Origin: the human T2T-CHM13v2.0 reference genome, Homo sapiens
Length of the DNA: 64,000 bases
Strand: one strand, 5' to 3'
Assembly (NCBI RefSeq): GCF_009914755.1
Contig: NC_060938.1
Below are positions 29,809-41,465 of this stretch, one piece after another (position 1 is the first letter of the stretch; each line of letters begins with the position of its first letter). The translations under genes were made by a program, and so were the position numbers. The notes under the pieces are model-generated. The model was given only the letters and a program-made list of their open reading frames with translations. It did no database searches and was not told where the DNA came from.

Positions 29809-31119
29809 ATGATAACACTCATGATCAGAAATAATTGCCACTTTTCTTTTTGTTTATACTAACAGAACATTTAAGGAGCTTCAATTCTGCAGCACTGTAA
29901 CAAAATAATACGTATCTAAATATAGATACCTAAAGGAAAGCAAAACTTGTGAAATTAGTTCATCTTAAAGGAAATAAAGTTTAAGTAGGCTTTGGAGTGT
30001 TTTATATTATAAAGCTACTTTGACGAAAGACTGGGTGAGACCCACACACGACTATTAACATTCAGAGTAACAAGGAAATTAAGTTGCCTTTTACACTTAA
30101 CTTTTTATTATTGCTTTTCCATTTCTACTTAATCATTACATCTTTTCCTAAATGAGTAGGAGAAAAAGGTAAAAATGAAAAGAGAGAGCAAGAAAATCTC
30201 CACCCAAGTCATTTCTAGGAACTGGGTACAGCAGTTTTAAATTTGCATTGTAATTACGTATAAAGAGAAATTTAATTCATTTGCTTCTCATAACTCATTT
30301 TTCAGATATAATTAAAATGACCCCAGGAAGTGGGTTAAAATAGCAGAGTCAATTTGTACAGAGTAGATTCTAGACTTTTCAGTCTTGAGTTCTTATGAGT
30401 TCTGATTCATGAAAATGAGAAAGAATGTTCTTGTCATTCTCATCTACATAAGCACAGATTAAGTATGGCTTTTTTCCCTGAAATTATCTGTTCAAAAAGG
30501 GGCTTTTGCCCCTCAAAGTACGTTATCATTTTGAAGGCAAAGAAAAGACTGAGACTTTAAAAATCTCTGCACATTTCCATATCCTACTTGGAATGCCTAA
30601 ACTCTGCACATCTTTACTCCTGACTTTCTCAGGAATTATGAGCCTCCTTTGGAAATTTGTCCCAAAGAGTAATTTCCACCATATCAGTGAGTTTAATGGA
30701 TCATTTTTCAGAGCTGGCATTGGTCAAGCAAAAGTTATGTGAACACTGAAATTCTGGAACATGGATGCAGAAGAGAGGAGGCACAAAGCAACAGAAGAGG
30801 GAATATCTGAGGCTATGGGACCCACAGCTCAATTTCATCTAGGTCTTCCCTCATGGGATCTATATCCTAAAGGTAGGAATGATGAGGAGGAAGTAGGGAG
30901 ACATGGACTTGGTAAACCTGTCATTTCTCACAAGGTCACCATGGACAGCATAACCTTAAAACTGTACAATCAGCTTCAGGAATCCCTGAGAATGATGGCA
31001 CCTCATTTCCAAGGTGGCAACACAGGCAGATAAGGTGGAGGTTCTCTATTGCTGTATCTCTGTATCCACATAGCTCATAAATGTCCTCATGACTGTGACC
31101 CAAAAGCACTCTCATGTTC

Positions 31120-31512
31120 TGCTATGGTACAGATGTTTTTCCCCTCTGAAACTCATGTTGAAGCTTAATCCCCAATGTGACAGCATTGAGAGGTGAGGTC
31201 TTTAAGAGATGATTGGGTTATGAAGGCTTTGTCCTTATGAATGGGTTATTATGGAAGTGGGACTGGTGATTTTGTAACAAGAGGAAAAGACCTGAGCTAG
31301 TGTGCTCATCTCTTTCTTCAACTCTCCAGGTGATGCCCTGAGCTACCTCAGACCGCTGGAGAGAGTCCTCACCAGCAAGAAGGCCCTTGCCAGATGTGGC
31401 CCCTCAACTTGGATTTCTCAGTCTCCACAACTGTAAGAAACAAATTCCTTTTCTTTATAAATTACCCAATTTTAGGTTTTCTGTTATAAGCAACAGAAAA
31501 TAGACTAAGGTG
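31120..31512 (+). mobile_element. MSTC-like solo LTR
   Basis: TGCTATGG...AACTCATGTTGAAGCTTAATCCCCAATG...AGCAACAGAAAATAGACTAAG; perfect TSD TGTTC (31115-31119, 31513-31517). Confidence 0.9.
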
Positions 31513-32318
31513 TGTTCCCTTGTGATTTCCCAGATGTTCCTGCTATTAGCTGTGGCCACCAGGAGCACCTGGCATGCTTCTTCTCATTTTAGTCTTTCAA
31601 AGAAAAACTCTCCCCGGGGGGGAACTACCAAAGAGAAAAGTCAGTGACTATTCACTAGGTTCAGCCACAGTAATAGAGAGCTCTGTGCTCTCCGAAGTTT
31701 TGACATCCCAATGAGTCAAGCCAGGGACAACGCAGGTTACCTAAATTCCCTAGATTACACCCAAAGGTGAACTATGCTCAATTCTAATCACTGTTTGGTT
31801 ACTAAAATAATCCTGTAATCCAAAGCACAGCATAACACAGAAGTTAGTAGTTATTAAACCATTCTATTACCCAATTACACCTTACCTGGAAGATTTTTTT
31901 GCTACCCACCACCTAAAATACTTTTAAATGGCTCCTCTGTTTTTAGAAAAATCAACATTCTTAGACAAAAATTACTTACCATGGCACATACGACTCTTCT
32001 TCCCATTCTCTGGTGTCCTGTACTGTGGCAATACTGAAATACTTTGATTTTCCTAAACTGGCTCTATTCCCTCATGTCTCCTACTATACCCCTTTTTAAA
32101 AATGTCTTTAACTTTTTGAGAATAGACCTATTTTCTCATTCATCAATCAATAAATATATTCTACAAACATATATTAAACATCTTAATACCCGATAAATTA
32201 CTCATTACTGAATATTCAAAGTGCTGGGGATTCAAAGCCAAATAAGATCTTCTATTAGCAAATATGTGTTGTAGTACTATGTGCCAGGCACAGTCTCTGC
32301 ACCAAAAGAACTTAAATC

Positions 32319-33168
<850 letters not shown>

Positions 33169-33234
33169 TTTGATGCCAGACTGGGAAAGATGCCTTTGCT
33201 AGAAGCTTTCATAGCACCTGAAATGTAAACTGTG

Positions 33235-33661
33235 ATCTACACTTATATCCCCCTTCAGATATAAGTGGGATCAAAGGCATAACCACAGGTGCTTCGGGTG
33301 CTGCCAGCCCTCAGCTGTTGGCCCCATTCAAGGATTGCCTCAGCTAAGACAGCCTCACCCAAAGTCATGGCCATTTCCTGAGGAGACTGTCATCAAATGA
33401 CTGGTGACTGTGGGTGTACAAAGGCCCTGCACACTTGCCCCAACTTAAAACAGCTCTGCAGGGTTATCTTGTCATTGGACCATGCCATCGGCTTACTTGA
33501 GGTTTTCAGTGAGAGTCTATCACAACTTGTCTTCCCTCTCTGCCTACTCCTACTCCCATCCCTTCCCTTGCACAGGCATTGATCCCCAAATCCCTCCCTA
33601 AACCTCTTGCACTCTAATTCCTATCTCAGAATTAGTCTTCTGGCAAACTGAGCCTGGAACA
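33235..33661 (+). mobile_element. LTR16-type ERVL LTR
   Basis: GGATTGCCTCAGCT...CCCAAAGTCATG...CTTCCCTCTCTGCCTA...CAGGCATTGATCCC. Confidence 0.7.
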
Positions 33662-33897
33662 GTACCTCTTACACATCTCTATCACATCCTTGTAATTTTT
33701 TGGAACAATCATCTGTTACTAGATGTGAGCTCCCCAGCATCTAACACAGCATCGACTTCGTAGTAGTTCGCAATGTATTACGAGTAAACAAAATCCCAGG
33801 GAAAAGAAACTAGAAAGTGATGTATTCAACAGGATACCATATGAGGAAGGAAAATGAGGATGGGTAAACAGGAAACAGAAAGACTTAAAAAGATCAG

Positions 33898-34442
33898 CAT
33901 GGTAGGCAGAATAAGCCCCACCACACACACACACACGCTGACACAAATAAATGTCTGTGTCCTAATCTTCACAATCTGTAAATATGTTAGGTTACATGGC
34001 AAAGAGGAATTAAGGTTGCAGATAGAATTAAGTTGACTAATCAGCTGAGTTTAAGGTAAGGAGATTATACTAGATTATCAGAGTTGGCTCAGTGTTATCA
34101 CAAAGGCCCTTGAATGTAGGAGAGAGGCAGAAGGACAGAGGCAGAGAAAGAAATAATAATAGAAACAGGATCAGACACTTGCTTCATTGCTGGCTTTAAA
34201 GATGATGAAATGGCACCATGAGCCAAGAAATATGAGTGGCCTCTAGAAGCTATGAGAGACAAAGACATAGATTCTTCCCTAGAACCTTCAAAAAAGAATG
34301 TAGCCCTGCTGCTTGCAGAAGGGATTTTATCCCAGGAAGTCTCAGATTGGATTTCTGATCCATAGAACCATAAGGTAATAAATGTGTGTGGTTTAAACCA
34401 CTGTCTGTGGTAAATTGTTATGGAAGAAATCAAAGGCTATTG
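33898..34442 (+). mobile_element. MLT1D LTR
   Basis: TGGTAGGCAGAATAA...TTACATGGCAAAGAGGAATTAAGGTTGCAGAT...CTAATCAGCTGA. Confidence 0.85.
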
Positions 34443-35048
34443 GAAGTAGAATGAATAGCTACAAATATTTGCAGCAATGGATGCTTTAGAATTTTTACAG
34501 ATGTGGGGTTAAGGGCCTGTGGTCTAATGAAGGAAATTTCTCTAGAACTAGAGTGTGCAAACTCACTGTTCTCACAGAGACTGTGATCATATGGGATACC
34601 TCGAAACCACTTTCGCACAGCATAAACACTTACATTTAAACCAAGAATGCACGTTTATTTGAGATATGGAGTGTTTTGATGGTAATCATGAGAAAACTAC
34701 AGCCCTTCTCCAAGCTACACCTTAATGTCTCCCAATTATTTTACTGCTTTCCTAAGTGGAAGGAGAAATAGAATGACCATGTGTTACTCTAAGAGCTCAC
34801 ATGAGTGGTGCTTTGTAGTTCACAGAATATTCTCTCCACTATGTGACTCAGAAGGACAGAATTAGGATGAGAAGGTGAAAGTTATAAGGTTGCAGATTAC
34901 AGATAGATAGATTGATGGATCTTTTGCTAATGAATCCCCTTTTGCTAGTGAATGCAATTTTTTATGCTCCTTACAACTTGCAAGATTTGTAGAGTGAATG
35001 AGAGAAAAGAGAAGTATTCTAGAGAATACAAAAGCTGAATGAGAGAGC

Positions 35049-35181
35049 TATATATATATATATATATGCTATATAAAAGCTATATATTAGTTCCTACATA
35101 TATATATGTATATACATATATATATGTATATACATATATATATACACATATATATATGTATATACATATATATATATGTAT
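35049..35181. repeat. (TA)n / TATACA-TATGTA complex microsatellite, palindromic
   Basis: Direct reading; see finding. Confidence 0.95.
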
Positions 35182-35333
35182 GAACTAATAGTTAGCTTTT
35201 CCCCCAAATAAGGGAGCTATTTTTTGAAGGACTATGTTACACATTCAAGGACAGTTGATATCTAGTTGAGGGGGTTAAAGGAGGACGTAACGTCCTCTTC
35301 AATTTCTTCCTTCAAGAAATTGAAGAAAGTAAT

Positions 35334-35483
35334 CAGCCATGTTGGTTCATGTCTGTAATCCCAGAACTTTGGAAGTCCAAGGCAGGAGGGCTGCTTGAAC
35401 CCAAGCGTTTGGGATCAGCCTGGGCAACAAAGCAAGACCCTGACTCTATGAATAATAAGAACAATAATTTTAAAAATAAAAAA
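35334..35483 (+). mobile_element. Free left Alu monomer (FLAM/AluJ-like)
   Basis: Single monomer with A-rich tail; flanking repeats TTGAAGAAAGT. Confidence 0.8.
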
Positions 35484-36648
35484 GGAAGTTGAAGAAAGTT
35501 CATCTCTGGTGGTTTCTTCCAATATTGATATGGAAAGATTAGAGTTTTTTTAATGCGTGAGACAAGCCTAAGATGCTTTGTGGAGCCCCACCTGTCATAT
35601 ACCATGAAGAAAGAGAAAACATTCAAGCATTTCTAAAAGGCAAACAGAATACTTTTATAAGATTTCAAGAATGGTGCCAGTTAGTTAAATAAAGTGAAAC
35701 TCACTTGTGCCATTTTAATGTTTACCCAAAGTGGTATTTGTCTTTAAGTTTCACATCTAATGTAAACACCAGAAGTCAAATGGTAATAAAGATTTCTTTA
35801 ACTGAAAGTGCCAGAAAACACTAACGTGCCACACAGTTGATTCACTGGAGACTAGCTTTTTCTCCTTTTAAATTAGGTGTCCCAGTTACTCTTCAGTCTT
35901 ACTGAAAATTATAAAATGTCTAAAATGTAATTTACAGTGTCTGTAAATGTAAAAAAGCATCTGGTCAACCCTGAAAGAATTTAGGAGGCAACACAGTGCA
36001 GTGAAAATGCTGGAGCATTTGAATTTAGACAATCTGGCTTTGAATCTCAGCTTCTTAGTGGCTGCAACAATGGGGAGGTCACATCACTTTTCTTAATCTC
36101 AGTTTTATCATCTGGAGAATGGATTCAATATACGTCATGCCCTTCTTCCTTTATAGAGTCTTGAGCCTCAGAGGATATCATGCTGTGAAAGTGCACAAAA
36201 TGAAAATGCATATTAAATGCAAATGCATATTAAATGGTTACTCCTGGTAACCACTCATTCGAGTTGCTATCCAGTTTGTAAAATATTCTGGTGTAATGCT
36301 CCTCAAGACAGGGAGGCGAGAGCTTCTATTCCATGCTAACACCATTACGAGTGCATCACCAGTGCTCCAACAGTTCACAAAATGTTATCATACTGCTTCA
36401 TTCAGCTCTGGGGAGAGAAAAAGATTGTGCTACTTGTTTCATTAACTGAAATCTTGCCCATCAGATATTAAATATCATAAATAAAAATACATGCACAGAA
36501 ATGTGAAGAAACATTTCTTTACAATTGCTAATGAATCTTGTATGTTCCTTACGACTTACAAGATTTATAGAGTGAATGAGAGAAAACAGAAGTATTCTAG
36601 AGAATATAAAAGCTGAATGAAGGCCAGAAACAGCCAGCCATCAGGTGC

Positions 36649-37104
36649 TGCTATAGTTTGGATATTTGACCCTCCAAAGCTCATGTTGAAATTTGAGCCT
36701 CAACGTTGGAGGTGGGACCCAGTGGAAGGTGTTTGGGTCATGGGGGCAGATCTCTAATGACTGTCTTGGTGCTGTCCTCATGATAATGAATGAATTCTCA
36801 CTCTGTTAGTACCTTCAAGAACTAACAGAGGAGCCTGGAACTAAGAGGAGCCTGGAACTAAGAGGAGCCTGGAACCATCCTCCCCTCTCACTTACCGTCT
36901 TTCTTGCTATGTGATCTCTGTCAATACCAGTTCCCCATCCCCTTTTACCATAAGTGGAAGCAACTGGAAGCCCTCACCAGAAGCAGATGCTGGTTCCATG
37001 CTTCTTTGTACAGCGAGCAGAATCATGAGCCAAACAAACCTCTTTTATTTATAAATTTCCTAGCCTCTGGCATTTCTTTATAGCACTGAAAATGGACTAA
37101 GACA
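36649..37104 (+). mobile_element. MSTB1-like solo LTR with 17-bp tandem repeat
   Basis: TGCTATAGTTTGGATATTTGACCCTCCAAA...GGACTAAGACA; near-TSD GGTGC/GGTGG. Confidence 0.9.
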
Positions 37105-37459
37105 GGTGGTCACCCATGAATGGTGAAAGAATGATCTCTCCTGCATTCACAATAAAGTGGAAAATAAAAATATCTTTAACTTTTTATCATATAATAAAGA
37201 TAGATATAGTCATCTTGAAAAACAAATGTTTAAACCTTAGAGATAAGGCTAAATCTTTTGAAACCCATCCTCCATCTTGACCTTCCTCCCAACCCTTCTA
37301 CAGGCACCACTCTTAAGCTCAGTGTCCATGATTGTAGACCCCTTTTTCAGCACTTGAATAGCTACGTCACATACACCTACTCAGACATCATATTGGTGTT
37401 GTTTTAAGGGTTTTTTTCTTAACATAAATGGCACCATACTAACCACATCATTCTGAAAC

Positions 37460-37665
37460 ATGAGAATGTAGACTCTAAGTTCAACCTGCCAGACTGAAAT
37501 ATCTCAACTTAATTTAATAGATGTTTGACTTGAGGAAATTGCTTAGTTTCTCTCATTCTCAGTGTCCTCATCTGTATCAATATTATAACCTACCTCATGA
37601 GATTGTAATAAGGATTACATGAGCCTATTTAGATAAAGGAGTTAGATTAGTGCCTAGCAGATCAC
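37460..37665 (+). mobile_element. MIR fragment
   Basis: CTCAGTGTCCTCATCTGTA...ACCTACCTCATGAGATTG. Confidence 0.7.
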
Positions 37666-37779
37666 ATAAATTACACTTGCGTGGAAAAACCATGATGACA
37701 AGACCCAAACATAATATCAAAAAAATAAAACCACTTAAATGAAAAAGAAAGTCAATGTGAAATCACGCAGACACTCCAT

Positions 37780-39370
37780 GTGAAGGATGACAGAAGTGTG
37801 AATTCCCCGAGGAAGAAGCCATATTGACTTAACTGATCTGGAACAGGAAATAAACAAAGTACCAATGGGTAGTAAATTAGCAGAATGTTAAACATGGTGT
37901 CAGAGGGGAAGAAGAAAACACACTGCAAACCATAGGGTAGGGTTTGGATTTTATTCTAAGGGCAAGAGCTTCTTACTAAAGTGCTTTAAGCGAGGGAATT
38001 ACCAGACATCATAAGTTAGCAGCTGGGACAGACTCCTGTCATGAAAGATAGATTAACAAGAATAAAACAAGTTAGTTTATTAATGTGTGCAGTGTGCATC
38101 TCAATGAAAGGTAACTCAAAGCAGTGGCTTAGAACTCTGGCTTATATATGATCTCTAATAACAAACAATAAATTTTAGAGAAGTAGTAAGACAAAGGAAA
38201 GGAGTTCTAGGCTTCCAGAGGCAGGAAACTGTGGAAAGGTAAATATATGGGAGAAAATTAATGGAGTCAGGCTTGTTTGCAGATTCCTCTGGTGTCATAT
38301 GTGAACTGATAAGAATTGTCTCCAGTAATTGACTTCTGTCCTTCCTGGTAGAGAGGGGAGAGGAATACCTTTCAAATTTATGCACTACATTTAGGAAAAT
38401 AGGGAGAAAGAAGAGAGCTTTTCTGCATCTGTTTCTTCTTAATTGTTTTTAGCTCAACAACCCTTTATGTTTTAGGAAGGCATAGCGGAATTGAGGTAAG
38501 TGGAAGCTGAGAAACCAGTTAGGAAGCCTTTACAGCAGTCCAGATGAGAGGCTATTTGACTTCAAGATAGAATTAAAATTGGAGAAAGGTGGTCATATTT
38601 TAGAGCTAAAAGCAACTTGCTCATAAATTAGATATCACCAGTGAGAGGAATAGGCTATTTTGGTGAAGACACTGGGGTAATGGAGACGTTAGTTACCAAA
38701 TGAGGAAGAGGAAATTAGAAGTAGGCTAGAGAAAAACAAAACAAAAAACAGGATGGTCCAGGACTGAGCCCCATGGCACTACAACCTTAATAGATTGAAC
38801 AGAAGAGACAGAGCCAAAGGTTAGGGTGAATAGCAGGTGAGTGTCCTGCCATGGATGTTTTGGATATAAAGTGCTTCATAACAGGAGTGTTCAACTATGT
38901 TAAAAGTTCCAGTGAGTACTAATAAGAAGAGCACAGATAAATCACCACAGATTTGGCAACCTGGATGTAATTGATGGCAGAAGAGTAGACATGACAGAAG
39001 TCTTACTGGAGTTTGGGGAAGAAAAGGGGAAATGAGAAGAAAGGGGAGACAACAGTTGAATCACCTTGAAGACATTACTCTGTGAAAGAGGTAGAGAAAT
39101 AAGTTCATCCCTGGAGAAGAATATGAAGTCAATATGTATTTTCTTAATATGGAGGACTTGAGAGTGTGTGTATATGGTGATGCACAGGAAATAGGAGTAG
39201 ACAATAGGAAAAGAGAAAAAGCAAAGCCGTTGAGGAGATGATAGAAGACAGGATCCTGAACACAGATAACAGATTGGTCTTAGAAGCAGTGTCAAACTCC
39301 CTGTAACAGGAGAATGCATTTAAGTATCTGTGGAGGTAAGGTTGATAAATTGGGTGGTGGGAATATGACA
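37780..39370 (-). mobile_element. Long L2 remnant interrupted by MER34
   Basis: TTTGGATTTTATTCTAAGGGCAA...CAGGACTGAGCCCCATGGCAC...GATTTGGCAACCTGGA; boundaries approximate. Confidence 0.7.
38010..38470 (-). mobile_element. MER34-family ERV1 LTR (partial)
   Basis: AGATTAACAAGA...GAGAGCTTTTCTGCATCTG...AATTGTTTTTAGCTCAA. Confidence 0.7.
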
Positions 39371-39375
39371 ACAGT

Positions 39376-39766
39376 TGTCTTAGTCCGTTTTCTGCTGCTG
39401 TAACACAATGCCAAAGAATGAGATATTTATAAGGAACAGAAGTGCATTTGTCTTACAGTTCCAGAGGCTGGGAATTCTAAGAGCATGGCATTGACCTCTG
39501 GTGAGGGCCTTGTTGCTGCACAGTTCCATAGCAGGAGGGCAAGTAAGCATGTGAAACAGAGAGAGCAATGGGGCCAAACTTTTTTTTTAATCAGGAGCCC
39601 ATTTTCAGGGTAGCTAACTCACTGTAACAATAAGGGCACTAATCCCTTCATGAGAGAAGATCCCTCATAGCCTAATCACCTCTTAAAGGTACCACCTCTT
39701 AATGCTGTTGTAACAGCAATTAAGTTTTTAACACTTAAATTTCTGGGGACACTTAAAGCCATAGCA
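39376..39766 (-). mobile_element. MSTD-like solo LTR
   Basis: TGTCTTAGTCCGTTTTCTGCTGCTGTAACA...CCTAATCACCTCTTAAAGG...CCATAGCA. Confidence 0.85.
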
Positions 39767-40436
39767 GTAGTCTTGCCTCATCATCTTTATTTTCAAGTGT
39801 TTACAACTTGACCAGCCAACTATGTATAAGCTTCACAAGAGGAGGTAGTTCTAATTTGCACACTTCTCCTTTACCCTACTTATCTTCAACCAGAACCTAA
39901 CACAGCCTTCATAAGGGCTAATGTTAGCCTATTTACAGCTGAAAACTCCAACATGCTTCCTTAAAGACCTGAGACCTGCCTCCTGTTCCATATCCCCAGG
40001 GGAGTCATTTTAGGGTCGTATGTTCTCTAATTTTCCAACCTTTACGTGCATTATGACCTCTACCTAGAATGTTCTTCATCACCCCGGATAGGTCCTTCCC
40101 TGAGCACAGCTTCCACTGCAGAAAAGCTTTCCTAAGGCTCCCAGTCTGGTACTAAGGGCATGCTTATTGACCATGGAGTTGCATATGTTTCCAAAGTAGT
40201 CTTCACCATGCATTCCTCTGGAGGATTCTCTTCACAAAGGCATCAAGTAAATAATGCCGCATTGTCACTGCCTGATGGTATACTTTATTCTCCCAAAAAC
40301 AGAAGCAGTGTGAGAGACGAACCTCTGTATTGCTCATTATTAAACCCCAAGACCAAAAGCAAGCATAAAGCAAATGCTTCTTCAATGTTGAATAAATGAC
40401 TAGCATTAAGAGAAAAAAAGAATGACATATAATTAT

Positions 40437-40830
40437 TGGCATGGCTTGGATGTGTATCCCATGCAAATCTCATGTTGAAATGTTATTTCCAATGTTGGAG
40501 GTGGGGCCTGGTGGGAAGTGTTTGGGCCAGGGCAATAGATCCCTCATGAATGGCTTGATGCCCTTCCTGTAGCAATGAGTTCACAGGAGAAGTGGTTGTT
40601 TAAAAAAGACTATCTCCTCCTCCTTTCTCTCTGGCTTCCTCTCTCTCTCCATGTGATATGTTGGCTCCCCTTCACCTCCTGCCATGAGTAAGAGCTTCCT
40701 GAGGCCTCACCAGGAGCAGATACCAGTGCCATGCTTCCTGTACAGCCTACAGAACCATGAGCCAAAATAAACCTCTCTTCTTCATAAATTACCCAGCCTC
40801 AGGTATTCCTTTACAGTGACATAAAAGGAA
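40437..40830 (+). mobile_element. MSTB-like LTR
   Basis: CAAATCTCATGTTGAAATG...GTTGGAGGTGGGGCCTGGTGGGA...AAATTACCCAGCCTCAGGTATTCC. Confidence 0.85.
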
Positions 40831-41082
40831 TGTAGAACTCTAGTCACATACAAAATTGATAATGTAATCTTAATTAGGTATTTAGGCTTGGGAAAATGAA
40901 CTAAAGTAAGGACACTCAGTAAAACATTGTAAATGGTTAGCTATAATGAAGGAAAATATAGAAAGCACACACAATTTTTTCTTTTTTTCTTTTAAAAAGT
41001 TTTCTTCCATTTCCAATTTTTCTGCAGTAAACAGTTTTCATTTTTATAAAAAAAAATATAATTTGAAACACAAAATCTCCAT

Positions 41083-41465
41083 TGTACTAGTCCTTTCTCA
41101 CACTGCTGTAAAGAACTACCTGAGCCTGCGTAATTTATAAAGAAAAGAGGTTTAATTGACTCACAGTTCCACAGCCTGCACAGGAGGCATGGCCGTGGAG
41201 GTCTCAGGAAACTTACAATCATGGAGGAAGGTGAAGGGGAAGCAGGCACATCTTACATGGCCAGAGAAGGAGGAAAAGAGAGCAGGAAGAGGTGCTACAC
41301 ACTTTTAAACAACCAGATCTCATGAGAACTCACTCATTATCACAAGAACAGCAAGGAGGAAATCTGCCCCCATGATCCAATCACCTCCCACCAGGCCCCT
41401 CCTCCAACACTGGGGATTACAATTTGACATGAGATTTGGATGGGGACACAAATCAACCCATATCA
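41083..41465 (-). mobile_element. MSTA solo LTR
   Basis: TGTACTAGTCC...GGTCTCAGGAAACTTACAATCATGG...CACTTTTAAACAACCAGATCTC...CCATATCA; degenerate TSD TCCAT/CCCAC. Confidence 0.9.

Noticed and set aside
36827-36875. Short direct repeats as a CRISPR-like array
   Set aside because: No spacers, eukaryotic context, inside an LTR.
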